Notes under the pieces: generated by a model | Told to the model about the DNA's origin: nothing | What the model saw: only the letters and a program-made list of their open reading frames with translations | Databases searched by the model: none | Source of the DNA: an uncultured Ruminococcus sp. | GTDB taxonomy: Bacteria > Bacillota > Clostridia > Oscillospirales > Ruminococcaceae | Direction of reading: 5' to 3' | Assembly (NCBI GenBank): GCA_947174085.1 | Contig: CAMWHN010000001.1 | Span: forward strand, 1-37,731 | DNA: 37,731 bases | Program-made: the position numbers and the translations under genes | Part shown: positions 27,978 to 37,731 of the stretch, piece by piece | Position numbering within the stretch: the first letter of the stretch is position 1 | Layout: every line of letters starts with the position of its first letter

Positions 27978-29639
27978 TTAATCATTCATAATTGCGCCTT
28001 TATCCGCAGAAGAAACTAATTTTGCATAGCGTTTCAAATAGCCTGTAATATTATTTTTAATTTTAATTTCTGTGCAAGCTTTCCGTTTTTCAATTTCTTC
28101 GTCAGATACAAGTAATTTAATACTATAATTCGGAATATCAATTGCAATTCTATCGCCGTCCTGTACATAGGCAATTAAACCACCACGCACAGCTTCTGGT
28201 GAAATATGTCCAATTGCCGCACCTCTTGTTGCTCCGGAAAATCTACCATCTGTAATTAGAGCAACTTCTTTGTCAAGTCCCATACCTGCAATAGCAGAAG
28301 TTGGAGATAACATTTCACGCATTCCAGGACCACCGGAAGGACCTTCATAGCGAATTACAACTACATCACCAGAAACAATTTTTCCGGCATAAATCGCAGA
28401 AATAGCTTCTTCCTCGCTGTCAAATACTTTTGCAGTACCTTCATGCTTCAGCATTTCGGGCGCAACAGCACTACGCTTTACAACACAGCCGTCTGGTGCA
28501 AGATTACCACGCAAAACTGCAATCCCACCTGTTTCACTATAGGGATTTTCTACAGGTCTAATTACTTCTGGATTACGATTCACACAGCCTTGAATGTTTT
28601 CGCCAAGCGTTTTTCCAGTAACTGTCATCACATCTGTATGAATTAAATTTTTCTTAGCCAATTCATTCAGGACAGCATAAACACCACCAGCTTCATCTAA
28701 TTGTTCCATATAAGTATGTCCAGCAGGTGCTAAATGACATAAATTAGGTGTTTTTGCACTAATCTGATTTGCAATATCCAAATTAATTTCCACATCACAT
28801 TCATGTGCAATCGCCGGCAAATGTAACATACTATTTGTAGAACAACCCAGAGCCATATCTGCTGTCAAAGCATTCTGGAATGCTTTTTCTGTCATAATAT
28901 CACGAGGACGAATATTTTTGCGATATAATTCCATCACTTGCATACCAGCATGTTTTGCCAATTCAATTCTTTTAGAATATACTGCCGGAATTGTGCCATT
29001 TCCTTGTAAGCCCATGCCTAATACTTCCGTTAAGCAGTTATGAGAATTTGCTGTATACATACCGGAACAACTTCCGCATGTTGGACATGCATTTAATTCA
29101 TAATCGCATAATTTTTCTTCGTCAATTTTACCTGCCTTATAAGACCCAACAGCTTCAAACATACTAGATAGACTAGTTCGCTTGCCGTCAACATGACCAG
29201 CAAGCATAGGTCCACCACTTACAAAAATAGTCGGGATATTTACTCTTGCAGCTGCCATTAATAATCCTGGTACATTTTTGTCACAGTTTGGAATCATGAC
29301 TAATGCATCAAAAGCATGTGCTAAAGCCATTGCTTCCGTAGAATCCGCAATTAAATCTCTTGTTACAAGAGAATATTTCATACCTTTATGACCCATAGCA
29401 ATACCATCACAGACAGCAATTGCGGGAAATACAATTGGTGTACCGCCTGCCATAGCAACGCCTAATTTGACAGCTTCTGTAATTTTATCAAGATTCATAT
29501 GACCAGGGACAATTTCATTATAAGAACTAACAATTCCCACAAGTGGACGTTCCATTTCTTCCTTTGTCAAGCCCAGTGCATGCAATAAAGAACGCTGTGG
29601 CGCACAATGCGCACCTGAAACACTTGTATCAAATACCAT
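27978..29639 (-). CDS. ilvD: dihydroxy-acid dehydratase
   Basis: 553 aa. [26 protein letters not shown], and TDGRFSG. Confidence 0.96.
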   Translation of the reverse strand: MVFDTSVSGAHCAPQRSLLHALGLTKEEMERPLVGIVSSYNEIVPGHMNLDKITEAVKLGVAMAGGTPIVFPAIAVCDGIAMGHKGMKYSLVTRDLIADSTEAMALAHAFDALVMIPNCDKNVPGLLMAAARVNIPTIFVSGGPMLAGHVDGKRTSLSSMFEAVGSYKAGKIDEEKLCDYELNACPTCGSCSGMYTANSHNCLTEVLGMGLQGNGTIPAVYSKRIELAKHAGMQVMELYRKNIRPRDIMTEKAFQNALTADMALGCSTNSMLHLPAIAHECDVEINLDIANQISAKTPNLCHLAPAGHTYMEQLDEAGGVYAVLNELAKKNLIHTDVMTVTGKTLGENIQGCVNRNPEVIRPVENPYSETGGIAVLRGNLAPDGCVVKRSAVAPEMLKHEGTAKVFDSEEEAISAIYAGKIVSGDVVVIRYEGPSGGPGMREMLSPTSAIAGMGLDKEVALITDGRFSGATRGAAIGHISPEAVRGGLIAYVQDGDRIAIDIPNYSIKLLVSDEEIEKRKACTEIKIKNNITGYLKRYAKLVSSADKGAIMND

Positions 29640-29682
29640 ATTATCAACCTCATTTTATATTTATCAGCATTTATATATAGCA

Positions 29683-29710
29683 AGATAATCCCGAAAATTC
29701 GGGATTATCT
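29683..29710 (-). other. perfect 11-bp intercistronic stem-loop between ilvC and ilvD
   Basis: AGATAATCCCG (29683-29693) pairs with CGGGATTATCT (29700-29710), with a 6-nt loop. There is no clear U-tail on the minus strand. Confidence 0.6.
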
Positions 29711-29734
29711 CACGACAAAAACAACTAAAAATTA

Positions 29735-30787
<1,053 letters not shown>

Positions 30788-30842
30788 TTAAAATATATTC
30801 GCTGTGTGTACCACGGCTTAATATCTCACATCAAACAAACTT

Positions 30843-30871
30843 ATTATAGCACAGTCTCTAATATTTGTCAA
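30843..30871 (-). promoter_or_regulatory. consensus sigma-A promoter for ilvC-ilvD-leuCD
   Basis: Minus-strand TTGACA (30871-30866), 17-nt spacer, TGcTATAAT (-10 at 30848-30843). Confidence 0.6.
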
Positions 30872-30939
30872 GCCGTATGTAAAAAAATATCCATTTTTTT
30901 TTTGCTGAAACTTTGCCCAACGAAATGAAATTTATATAA

Positions 30940-31530
30940 CTACATCATTATTTTTTCATTTGCATGTGCATAGAAAATTATTTTTGGATTATAGCGCATA
31001 ACAAGCTTCCAATCATCTTCAAGCTTTGTGTTTTTCTCGTAAGCATCAAGATAGTCTATTGGCTCTAAATCTCCAACAAAACAAAAGCCATTATCTAAAA
31101 TCAGAGATATACTGTCCTTGCTATGACTTGGAGTAGATAATATTTCACCCTCTATTCCCATGCTGTGAAGAAAAGCTCTACTTTCTTCACACTTAATCAA
31201 AAAAGCTTTTTTCTCATTGATAGGTGTATATTTTATATTATCCCTGTTAAATATCTCATCAGAAAAATGGACATATTCAATTTGGGTATCTATCAGCAAA
31301 AGATTTATCCCAAATTCCATAAGCTCACTAATAAGCCCTATATGGTCTGGGTGATAATGTGTTGCTAAAACATAAGTGATATCACTTAGTTTAATACGAT
31401 TCTTTTTTAGTTGTTTGTAAAATAAGGGCAATGTACCTGCATAATCAGTATCAATCAGTAAATTTCCGCTTGTTCCACGAATGAAAAAAGTATTCGTATT
31501 ACCATATTTTAATTTACTTATCAAACACAC
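30940..31530 (-). CDS. MBL-fold metallo-hydrolase, small, unknown substrate
   Basis: 196 aa. HxHxDH motif ATHYHPDHIG with downstream His/Asp residues. The start is GTG 31530, or TTG two codons later. Confidence 0.75.
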   Translation of the reverse strand: MCLISKLKYGNTNTFFIRGTSGNLLIDTDYAGTLPLFYKQLKKNRIKLSDITYVLATHYHPDHIGLISELMEFGINLLLIDTQIEYVHFSDEIFNRDNIKYTPINEKKAFLIKCEESRAFLHSMGIEGEILSTPSHSKDSISLILDNGFCFVGDLEPIDYLDAYEKNTKLEDDWKLVMRYNPKIIFYAHANEKIMM

Positions 31531-31561
31531 TGCCCCTTTTAACTGCTACTTATGTGAATTT

Positions 31562-32071
31562 TTAAAGACTTGTTTCGCTATTTAAATAACTGCAACCTCT
31601 TTCAATTGCCACAACACCAGTACGACACATTTCTAAAATGCCTAACGGCTCTACTAAAGCAATAAAAGCTTCAATCTTAGAAGTTTCACCTGTAATTTCC
31701 ACACAAAGTGTATTCGGCGAAAAATCGACAATTTTAGAACGGAAAATATCAACTGCTGATAAAATTTCCTGTCTTGTATCAGGTTTATTTCTTAATTTAA
31801 TCAACGCAAGTTCACGATAAACGCTTTTTTCACGTTCCATGACTTTAACTTCTTTCACATTATAAAGCTTTTTCAATTGCTTGATAATCTGATGACAGAT
31901 ATTATCATCACCAGTCAATGAAATCGTAATTCTGGAATAATCATGATTTTCTGTTTCACTCACAGTCAAGCTGTCAATATTAAATCCTCTGCGATTAAAC
32001 ATGCTAGCAACTCTTGTTAAAATACCGGGTTGATTTTCTACCAAAATTGCAATCACAAAACGTTCCATCAA
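31562..32071 (-). CDS. ilvN: acetolactate synthase small (regulatory) subunit
   Basis: 169 aa. ACT domain IAILVENQPGILTRVASMFNRRGFNIDSL. 4-nt overlap with ilvB. Confidence 0.92.
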   Translation of the reverse strand: MMERFVIAILVENQPGILTRVASMFNRRGFNIDSLTVSETENHDYSRITISLTGDDNICHQIIKQLKKLYNVKEVKVMEREKSVYRELALIKLRNKPDTRQEILSAVDIFRSKIVDFSPNTLCVEITGETSKIEAFIALVEPLGILEMCRTGVVAIERGCSYLNSETSL

Positions 32072-33750
32072 ATATCGCTCCTTTCTGTGATAATATCTTC
32101 AATACAGCCACCTGGTGGGAGCATTGGTAATACAAATTCATCTTGATAAATTCTAACATCAATTAATACTGGTGCATTTTCGGAAAATGCTTTTTCAATC
32201 ACTGCCGGCATGTCAGCAAGTTCCGTAATTCTATAGCCTTTCATGCCGAATGCGTCCGCAAGTTTTACAAAATCTGTTTTTCTGCTATGCAAATCTGTAT
32301 TAGAATAATGCTTTTCAAAAAATAAAGTCTGCCATTGACGAACCATGCCTAATACTTGATTATTCATGATAACAATCACAACTGGAATATTTTCTGTTGT
32401 TATAGTGGCAAGTTCATTCAGATTCATGCCAAAACTGCCATCACCTGTAAATAAAATAGTTTTTTTGCCAGTAGCCTTCGCTGAACCAATCGCCGCACCA
32501 AGACCAAAGCCCATTGTTCCTAAACCGCCACTAGAGATAAACGTTCTGGAATTTTGGAACGGATAAAACTGCGCAACCCACATTTGATGTTGTCCAACGT
32601 CTGTAACAATTGGTGTATCAGAATCTGCATGTTTTGCAACTTCCTGAATTAATGCATATGGTGTAATTCTATCTGTTGCAGTTACACGCTTGAATTGTTC
32701 AGCTTCTAAAGCTTTTAATTCTGCAATTCTTGCATTCCAATTGGGGTGTTGTTTTTCTGGAACAGCTTCTAACAAACGTTGCAATGCATTTTTTATATCA
32801 CATTCCATGCCAAGTACAACATTAACATTTTTATTTAATTCTGCGCCGTCTGCGTCAATATGAATAATTTTCGCTCTACGGGCATATTTTGCAACGTTGC
32901 CAGTTGCACGGTCACTAAATCTAGCACCAATTGTAATAATTAAATCTGCTTCGTCTTGCGCAACACTAGAGGCATAATGTCCATGCATACCCTCCATACC
33001 CAAATATCTTGGGTGACTCACCGGAACAGCAGACAAACCCATCATTGTGCAACCAATTGGCGCATCAATTTTATCTGCCAAAGCACAAAGTTCTTCACTG
33101 ACATTTGCTGTGACAGCTCCACCGCCAAAATAAATATACGGCTTTTCTGCTTCTGCAATCATGTTGACAGCAAGTGCAATTTTTTCATCTTTGGCTAATT
33201 TCTGTGTTTTTTTCTCTACAACTGGACAAGCATTATATTCAAATTTTGCAATTTGAACATCTTTCGGAATATCTACCAAAACAGGACCGGGGCGACCAGA
33301 TTTGGCAATTGCAAACGCTTCCCGAATGGTGTCAGCTAGTTTATCAACAGATTTTACTAAAAAATTATGCTTTGTAATTGGCAAAGTCACACCTGTAATA
33401 TCCACTTCCTGAAAACTATCTCTGCCAATTAAGCTATTCGGCACGTTACCAGTAATTGCGACTACAGGAATAGAATCCAAATAAGCTGTTGCAAGTCCTG
33501 TAACAAGATTTGTTGCACCGGGTCCTGACGTTGCAATTACAACGCCTACTTCTCCACTTGCTCTTGCATAGCCGTCAGCGGCATGTGATGCACCTTGTTC
33601 ATGTGCAGTTAAAATATGTTCAATACGGTCACGATATTCATATAATGCATCATACAAATTAATAACCTGTCCTCCAGGGTAGCCGAATACAGTTTTTGTT
33701 CCCTGTTCAATCAGTGTTTCTACAACGATTTCTGCGCCTGATAATATCAT
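32068..33750 (-). CDS. ilvB: acetolactate synthase large subunit
   Basis: ThDP enzyme motifs VFGYPGG, GLGTMGFGLGAAIG, and GDGSFGMN. I prefer ATG 33750 (MILSGAEIV), 9 nt after AAAGGA. ATG 33759 and TTG 33801 are less likely. Confidence 0.92.
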   Translation of the reverse strand: MILSGAEIVVETLIEQGTKTVFGYPGGQVINLYDALYEYRDRIEHILTAHEQGASHAADGYARASGEVGVVIATSGPGATNLVTGLATAYLDSIPVVAITGNVPNSLIGRDSFQEVDITGVTLPITKHNFLVKSVDKLADTIREAFAIAKSGRPGPVLVDIPKDVQIAKFEYNACPVVEKKTQKLAKDEKIALAVNMIAEAEKPYIYFGGGAVTANVSEELCALADKIDAPIGCTMMGLSAVPVSHPRYLGMEGMHGHYASSVAQDEADLIITIGARFSDRATGNVAKYARRAKIIHIDADGAELNKNVNVVLGMECDIKNALQRLLEAVPEKQHPNWNARIAELKALEAEQFKRVTATDRITPYALIQEVAKHADSDTPIVTDVGQHQMWVAQFYPFQNSRTFISSGGLGTMGFGLGAAIGSAKATGKKTILFTGDGSFGMNLNELATITTENIPVVIVIMNNQVLGMVRQWQTLFFEKHYSNTDLHSRKTDFVKLADAFGMKGYRITELADMPAVIEKAFSENAPVLIDVRIYQDEFVLPMLPPGGCIEDIITERSDI

Positions 33751-33819
33751 GCTTTTCATTCCTTTCTTTTTTTGAGTAGAAAGCCTATGCAATCTTATCA
33801 AAAATGATTCTTATTTTCT

Positions 33820-33848
33820 ATTATAGCACGTTTAGAATAGCAAGTCAA
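33820..33848 (-). promoter_or_regulatory. consensus sigma-A promoter for ilvB-ilvN
   Basis: Minus-strand TTGACT (33848-33843), 17-nt spacer, TGcTATAAT (-10 at 33825-33820). The leader is only about 60 nt, too short for a T-box or attenuator. Confidence 0.6.
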
Positions 33849-33930
33849 GCAAATATTTTAAATTTTCGATTCTGCACAAGTTTTAACATAATGATTCGTC
33901 AAAATAACAAATTCCAACAGATACTGCTAT

Positions 33931-34040
33931 CTTTACAGAGCATAACGGAATTTATATTAGTAATTTGCACAAAACAGTGAAAAAACTAAAAGAAATTTAT
34001 CGTTTGAGTAAAAAGAAGTTTTATTTGCTAGTACAAAAAC
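33931..34040 (+). pseudogene. decayed internal fragment of rpsB (relic)
   Basis: 33943-34005 aligns to rpsB 36039-36101 with 55/63 identities (hand count). rpsB 36102-36120 (19 nt) is missing. Then 34006-34037 aligns to 36121-36152 with 27/32 identities. There is no start codon, the deletion shifts the frame, and TAA occurs in the homologous frame at 34009-34011. Confidence 0.8.
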
Positions 34041-34115
34041 TCAACTTTTTTAAAAAATATTAATTACAGCATGTTTTTTCATGTTTGACAAGTAAATTCT
34101 AAATAATTTTCAGGA

Positions 34116-34144
34116 TTGACAAATACGGAAAACTATGCTATAAT
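34116..34144 (+). promoter_or_regulatory. consensus sigma-A promoter for the accessory cassette
   Basis: TTGACA (34116-34121), 17-nt spacer, TGcTATAAT (-10 at 34139-34144). Confidence 0.6.
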
Positions 34145-34190
34145 TTCAAAAAAATTAACAATGAAAAACAATGTAATGGAGGATTTTGAA

Positions 34191-34763
34191 ATGAGCATGA
34201 AAAAAGCTTTCGACACATTTTTTGAAGAAATGACACAAAACTGTATAAATAACAAGAGGATTCCTTTTAAAGCACCTTGTATTGAAAGTAACTATCCAAC
34301 AGGATTATTTTTACTGCATACATTAGATGATGAGGGCTATGCCCAATGGAAGCCAAAATTGCAAGATAAAATAGTTTCTTTTGATAATATTGAAAAAGAA
34401 CTAGGATTTTCTATTCATACGCAAATTAAAGCATTTTTATCTACCTATTGGTTTCTTGCTTTAGAGGGAATACTACAAAATTCAAGAGGAAAAGTCCATT
34501 TAAGGTTAAACGGAATAACACCTTATGTTGTTCTGGATACACTTATAAGAAGTAATTTTGATAATGAAGAAACGCATTTTCTACATGACCATAAATATTT
34601 TCTTATTGGCACTTACTGCATGATAAATGGTAATGACAGCTATCTTGTTCAAGTCAATAATGATACAGGAGAAGTTACTGCTGTTGATGTTATGGAAAAG
34701 ATTTCTGTTAAACTTGCTGATTCCATTGAAGAACTGCTTATCAATATGAAAGGAATTTGGTAA
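34191..34763 (+). CDS. Syd-like / SUKH-superfamily protein (tentative)
   Basis: 190 aa from ATG 34191, with GGAGG 8 nt upstream. The TTG at 34116 in the ORF track is the promoter -35. The size and the order of conserved aromatic and acidic blocks (YAQWKP..., IKAFLSTYWF, GEVTAVD..., LADSIEELL) resemble E. coli Syd as I remember it. Not verified. Confidence 0.45.
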   Translation: MSMKKAFDTFFEEMTQNCINNKRIPFKAPCIESNYPTGLFLLHTLDDEGYAQWKPKLQDKIVSFDNIEKELGFSIHTQIKAFLSTYWFLALEGILQNSRGKVHLRLNGITPYVVLDTLIRSNFDNEETHFLHDHKYFLIGTYCMINGNDSYLVQVNNDTGEVTAVDVMEKISVKLADSIEELLINMKGIW

Positions 34764-34928
34764 TTAAATAAGCAGACCTGTTTGAAAAACTTGACAAATA
34801 CAAAAAAATGTTGCTGTTTTGTGAATATTTAACAAAATATATTTTAAATTTTTGTGGAGTATATCACCATAAAAATTACTGTTCAAATTCGTACTAATAA
34901 TAAAGGCATTCTCAAGGAGGAAAATTTT

Positions 34929-35711
34929 ATGAGAAAAAAATTAATTTTATTTTTAGTACTAGGTATTTTATGCTGTTGCTGTTCGTCATGTGGAATGATA
35001 GCACAATTAGCACTTGTAGGTTACGAATTAACAAAAGATGACACTTCTGAAACAAAAAACATAGACGAAGAATTGGCAATTTATGTAGAAGAACAATTTG
35101 CAGAAAAATATGGAAAAAAGTTTGAATTTTTAAATGTTTACTCCTATAATTTTATGTTTTCAAGAGATTGTAATATCAAATGCGTTGATGATGGAATAGA
35201 ATTTCAAGCAAATGTTTATATCAAAGATTATTACAAGGTAGAAAGAGAAAATTATTTGATATATAAATATTTTGATGAGATACAAAATGATGTCATTGAT
35301 TATGTAGACCAATATTTTGAAGATTATAAACTAGTTACAACAGACAAAACAGATGAAATTAAACTATACAATAATAGTATACCGTTTGAAAACAGTTCTT
35401 TTGATTTATCTTATGAAGAATTAAAACAGATTGGAAATATTTCAACGGATTGTTATATATTTATTCCAGAAGATACTGTTTTTTCAGATGAAGAATGGAC
35501 TATACTTATAGAAAAAATTGCTAGCTATAATGAATATACTAACGATGATTATATTGGACGTGCTTATAAAAAAGATATTAATTTAGGTATTTATTTCATG
35601 GTGTTTCGTATTCCAAATGAAATGTATCATGATTTAGAATTTATTACTACTTTTGATGAATTTAGAAAATTGAAAGAAAATGGAGATTATGAGATTACAA
35701 GAATTTTGTAA
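34929..35711 (+). CDS. secreted or membrane-anchored protein with Cys-rich signal-peptide end (possible lipoprotein), unknown function
   Basis: 260 aa from ATG 34929, with GGAGG 8 nt upstream. MRKKLILFLVLGILCCCCSSCG signal-like N-terminus. The mature part is acidic, Tyr/Asp/Glu-rich, and matches no family I recognise. Confidence 0.55.
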   Translation: MRKKLILFLVLGILCCCCSSCGMIAQLALVGYELTKDDTSETKNIDEELAIYVEEQFAEKYGKKFEFLNVYSYNFMFSRDCNIKCVDDGIEFQANVYIKDYYKVERENYLIYKYFDEIQNDVIDYVDQYFEDYKLVTTDKTDEIKLYNNSIPFENSSFDLSYEELKQIGNISTDCYIFIPEDTVFSDEEWTILIEKIASYNEYTNDDYIGRAYKKDINLGIYFMVFRIPNEMYHDLEFITTFDEFRKLKENGDYEITRIL

Positions 35712-35790
35712 AACAAGTAAATTATGATTTTTGTAGAAAATTATGCATTTCAACACAAAAATTTTGTTAGATTTTTTTGTGAATAAGGAC

Positions 35791-35819
35791 TTGCTTTTTT
35801 TAGTAAAATATGCTATAAT
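35791..35819 (+). promoter_or_regulatory. predicted sigma-A promoter for rpsB-tsf
   Basis: TTGCTT (35791-35796), 17-nt spacer, TGcTATAAT (-10 at 35814-35819). Confidence 0.55.
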
Positions 35820-35825
35820 TTTTAA

Positions 35826-35934
35826 GATTTCGCACGGTTGTGATTCTGAAAGCGGGGTGTCTAATTTTTAGATTGGTTTCAGTCAGCAACCGGAGGATTC
35901 AATAACCAAATTTTATTTTATAGGAGGAACTACC
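35826..35934 (+). promoter_or_regulatory. structured rpsB 5' leader (candidate S2 autoregulatory element)
   Basis: Long imperfect hairpin: CGGTTG (35835-35840) pairs with CAACCG (35887-35892), enclosing CTGAAA/TTTCAG and TCTAA/TTAGA. It is followed by a decoy GGAGG (35892-35896) and the real RBS GGAGG (35923-35927). Confidence 0.45.
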
Positions 35935-36687
35935 ATGGGCGTAGTATCTATGAAACAACTGCTTGAAGCAGGTGTACACTTTGGTCATCAGACCAGAAGA
36001 TGGAATCCAAAAATGGCTTCTTATATCTTCACAGAACGTAACGGAATTTATATCATTGATTTGCAGAAAACAGTGAAAAAACTGGAAGAAGCTTATCGTT
36101 TTGTTTATGATATTTCTGTTGAGGGCAAAGAAGTTTTATTTGTTGGTACAAAGAAACAAGCTAGCGAATCTATCAAAGAAGAAGCTCTCCGTGCAGGTGC
36201 GCATTATGTCAATGCTAGATGGCTTGGCGGTATGATGACAAATTTCAAGACGATTCAGAGAAGAATCCAGAGATTAGAGCAATTACACACAATGGCAGAA
36301 GATGGTACTTTTGCATTGTTGCCAAAAAAAGAAGTTGTAAAATTAAATCTGGAAATTGAACGTCTGGAGAAATTCTTAGGCGGTATTAAGAACATGAAGA
36401 AACTGCCTGGAGCTTTGTTTATCGTTGACCCACGCAAAGAAAAAATTGCAGTTGCAGAAGCAAAGAAATTAAATATTCCGATTGTTGCAATTGTAGATAC
36501 AAACTGTGACCCTGATGAAGTAGATTATGTAATTCCTGGTAATGATGATGCAATTCGTGCAGTAAAATTAATTGCCGGCACAATTGCAAATGCAATTATT
36601 GAAGGCAGACAGGGTTCTGACGCTGAAGAAGCAGAAGCTGCAAATGCTGTAGAAGCAGTTGCAGAAGAAGTAACAGAAGCAGAATAA
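35935..36687 (+). CDS. rpsB: 30S ribosomal protein S2
   Basis: 250 aa. [24 protein letters not shown] and an acidic Ala/Glu-rich C-terminal tail. Confidence 0.98.
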   Translation: MGVVSMKQLLEAGVHFGHQTRRWNPKMASYIFTERNGIYIIDLQKTVKKLEEAYRFVYDISVEGKEVLFVGTKKQASESIKEEALRAGAHYVNARWLGGMMTNFKTIQRRIQRLEQLHTMAEDGTFALLPKKEVVKLNLEIERLEKFLGGIKNMKKLPGALFIVDPRKEKIAVAEAKKLNIPIVAIVDTNCDPDEVDYVIPGNDDAIRAVKLIAGTIANAIIEGRQGSDAEEAEAANAVEAVAEEVTEAE

Positions 36688-36723
36688 TAAATAATTTTTA
36701 ATTTCAGAAAAGAGGTTTTTGAT

Positions 36724-37647
36724 ATGGCAATTACTGTTGCAGATATTAACGAATTGCGCCAGATGACTGGTGCAGGCATTATGGCTTGTAAAAAAGCACT
36801 CACAGAAGCAGAGGGCGATAAAGATAAGGCTGTGCAGTTACTTCGTGAACAAGGACTTGCAACACAGGCAAAAAAAGCCGGTCGTGTTGCCGCTGAAGGT
36901 TTGGCTTTGGCTCTTGTGAATGAATCAAATACTATCGGTGCTGTTGTAGAAGTCAATATTGAAACTGACTTCGCTGCAAAAAATCCGAAATTTAAGGAAT
37001 TTGTAGAAAACGTTGCAAAAACTGTAATTGAACAGAATCCAACTGATGTAGAAGCTTTGAAGAATACTGTTATTAGTGGCGGTACAGTAACAGTTGCAGA
37101 AGCATTACAAGAATTATTCTTGTCTGTTCGTGAAAATATTCAGATTCGCCGTTTCCAGAGATTAGAAGGTGATGCAGTTGTTGCTTATGTACACCAGAAC
37201 GGACAAGCAGGCGTTTTGACTTCTGCTAAGACAGCAGCAGGAGCTGTACCGGCTGTTTTGGAAGCTTTGAAAGACTGTGATTTCCAAGTTGCAGCTATGC
37301 ACCCAGATTATCTGGTTCGTGAAGATGTGCCACAATCCAGAATTGAAGAAGAAAAAGAAATTATTCTCAAGCAAATGGAAGAAGACCCAGCTATGATGGC
37401 AAAACCTGAAAAAGTAAGAGAGGGTATTGCAAAGGGTAAACTTGGCAAAATTTATTCTGAATTGTGTCTTATGGAACAGACTTTCGTAAAAGATAATAAA
37501 CTAACTGTAAAACAGTATGTTGACAGCAAGGCAAAAGAAGCTGGTGCAGATATTACAATTACTGATTATGTTTGTTTTGAACTTGGCGAAGGTATTGAAA
37601 AGAAATCAGATGATTTTGCAGCTGAAGTTGCTAGCATGATTGGTTAA
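36724..37647 (+). CDS. tsf: elongation factor Ts
   Basis: 307 aa. N-terminal UBA-like INELRQMTGAGIMACKKAL and a duplicated EF-Ts core. Confidence 0.97.
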   Translation: MAITVADINELRQMTGAGIMACKKALTEAEGDKDKAVQLLREQGLATQAKKAGRVAAEGLALALVNESNTIGAVVEVNIETDFAAKNPKFKEFVENVAKTVIEQNPTDVEALKNTVISGGTVTVAEALQELFLSVRENIQIRRFQRLEGDAVVAYVHQNGQAGVLTSAKTAAGAVPAVLEALKDCDFQVAAMHPDYLVREDVPQSRIEEEKEIILKQMEEDPAMMAKPEKVREGIAKGKLGKIYSELCLMEQTFVKDNKLTVKQYVDSKAKEAGADITITDYVCFELGEGIEKKSDDFAAEVASMIG

Positions 37648-37681
37648 TTTTCAAGTTTTCAGTAATTTTTAGTAAGTATAA

Positions 37682-37711
37682 AAAAAGACGGCAGATTTTG
37701 CCGTCTTTTTC
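37682..37711 (+). terminator. intrinsic terminator after tsf
   Basis: AAAAAGACGGC (37682-37692) pairs with GCCGTCTTTTT (37700-37710). The T-run is part of and follows the stem. Confidence 0.8.
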
Positions 37712-37731
37712 TGTAGTATGATATATTATAT

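Noticed and set aside
33751-33801. N-terminal extensions from non-ATG starts in the ORF track (ilvB TTG 33801, leuC TTG 27942, ispG TTG 16479, Syd-like TTG 34116, secreted protein GTG 34854)
   Set aside because: In each case the extension overlaps the RBS or promoter of a downstream ATG that has proper SD spacing and a family-typical N-terminus.
34116-34796. Repeated word TTGACAAATAC at 34116 and 34791, and similarity between the cassette and rpsB promoters (ATGCTATAATT), as evidence for duplicated promoter modules
   Set aside because: The matches are short and largely coincide with the sigma-A consensus itself. The second TTGACA has no acceptable -10 at 17 nt. This is not enough to claim homology.

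Overview
Chromosomal core region of a low-GC Firmicute, Clostridia-like (PolC, HisZ with short-form HisG, IspG next to RseP). Most genes are on the minus strand. They are: glmM; a his operon (hisZ-G-D-C-x-B-H-A-x-F) interrupted by two uncharacterised membrane-protein genes; the conserved pyrH-frr-uppS-cdsA-[509-bp non-coding insert]-dxr-rseP-ispG-polC cluster; and a branched-chain amino acid region (ilvB-ilvN-MBL | ilvC-ilvD-leuC-leuD-DUF815 ATPase | ilvA-ridA). The plus strand carries a 5'-partial, tandemly duplicated small-protein gene, one membrane protein, a two-gene accessory cassette (Syd/SUKH-like protein plus a Cys-rich secreted protein) and rpsB-tsf. I saw no rRNA, tRNA, CRISPR array, transposase or integrase. 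The best candidate for something undescribed is the G+C-rich, hairpin-dense 0.5-kb insert between cdsA and dxr (about 18.78-19.27 kb). It has its own near-consensus promoter pointing antisense to the operon, which predicts a structured RNA of about 330 nt that I cannot assign to any family. Other notable points: a decayed rpsB fragment 2 kb upstream of the intact rpsB, flanking the accessory cassette; a break and inversion of the usual rpsB-tsf-pyrH linkage; and unknown genes translationally coupled inside the his and ilv/leu operons. All coordinates and motifs were read by eye from the sequence. No database search was possible.
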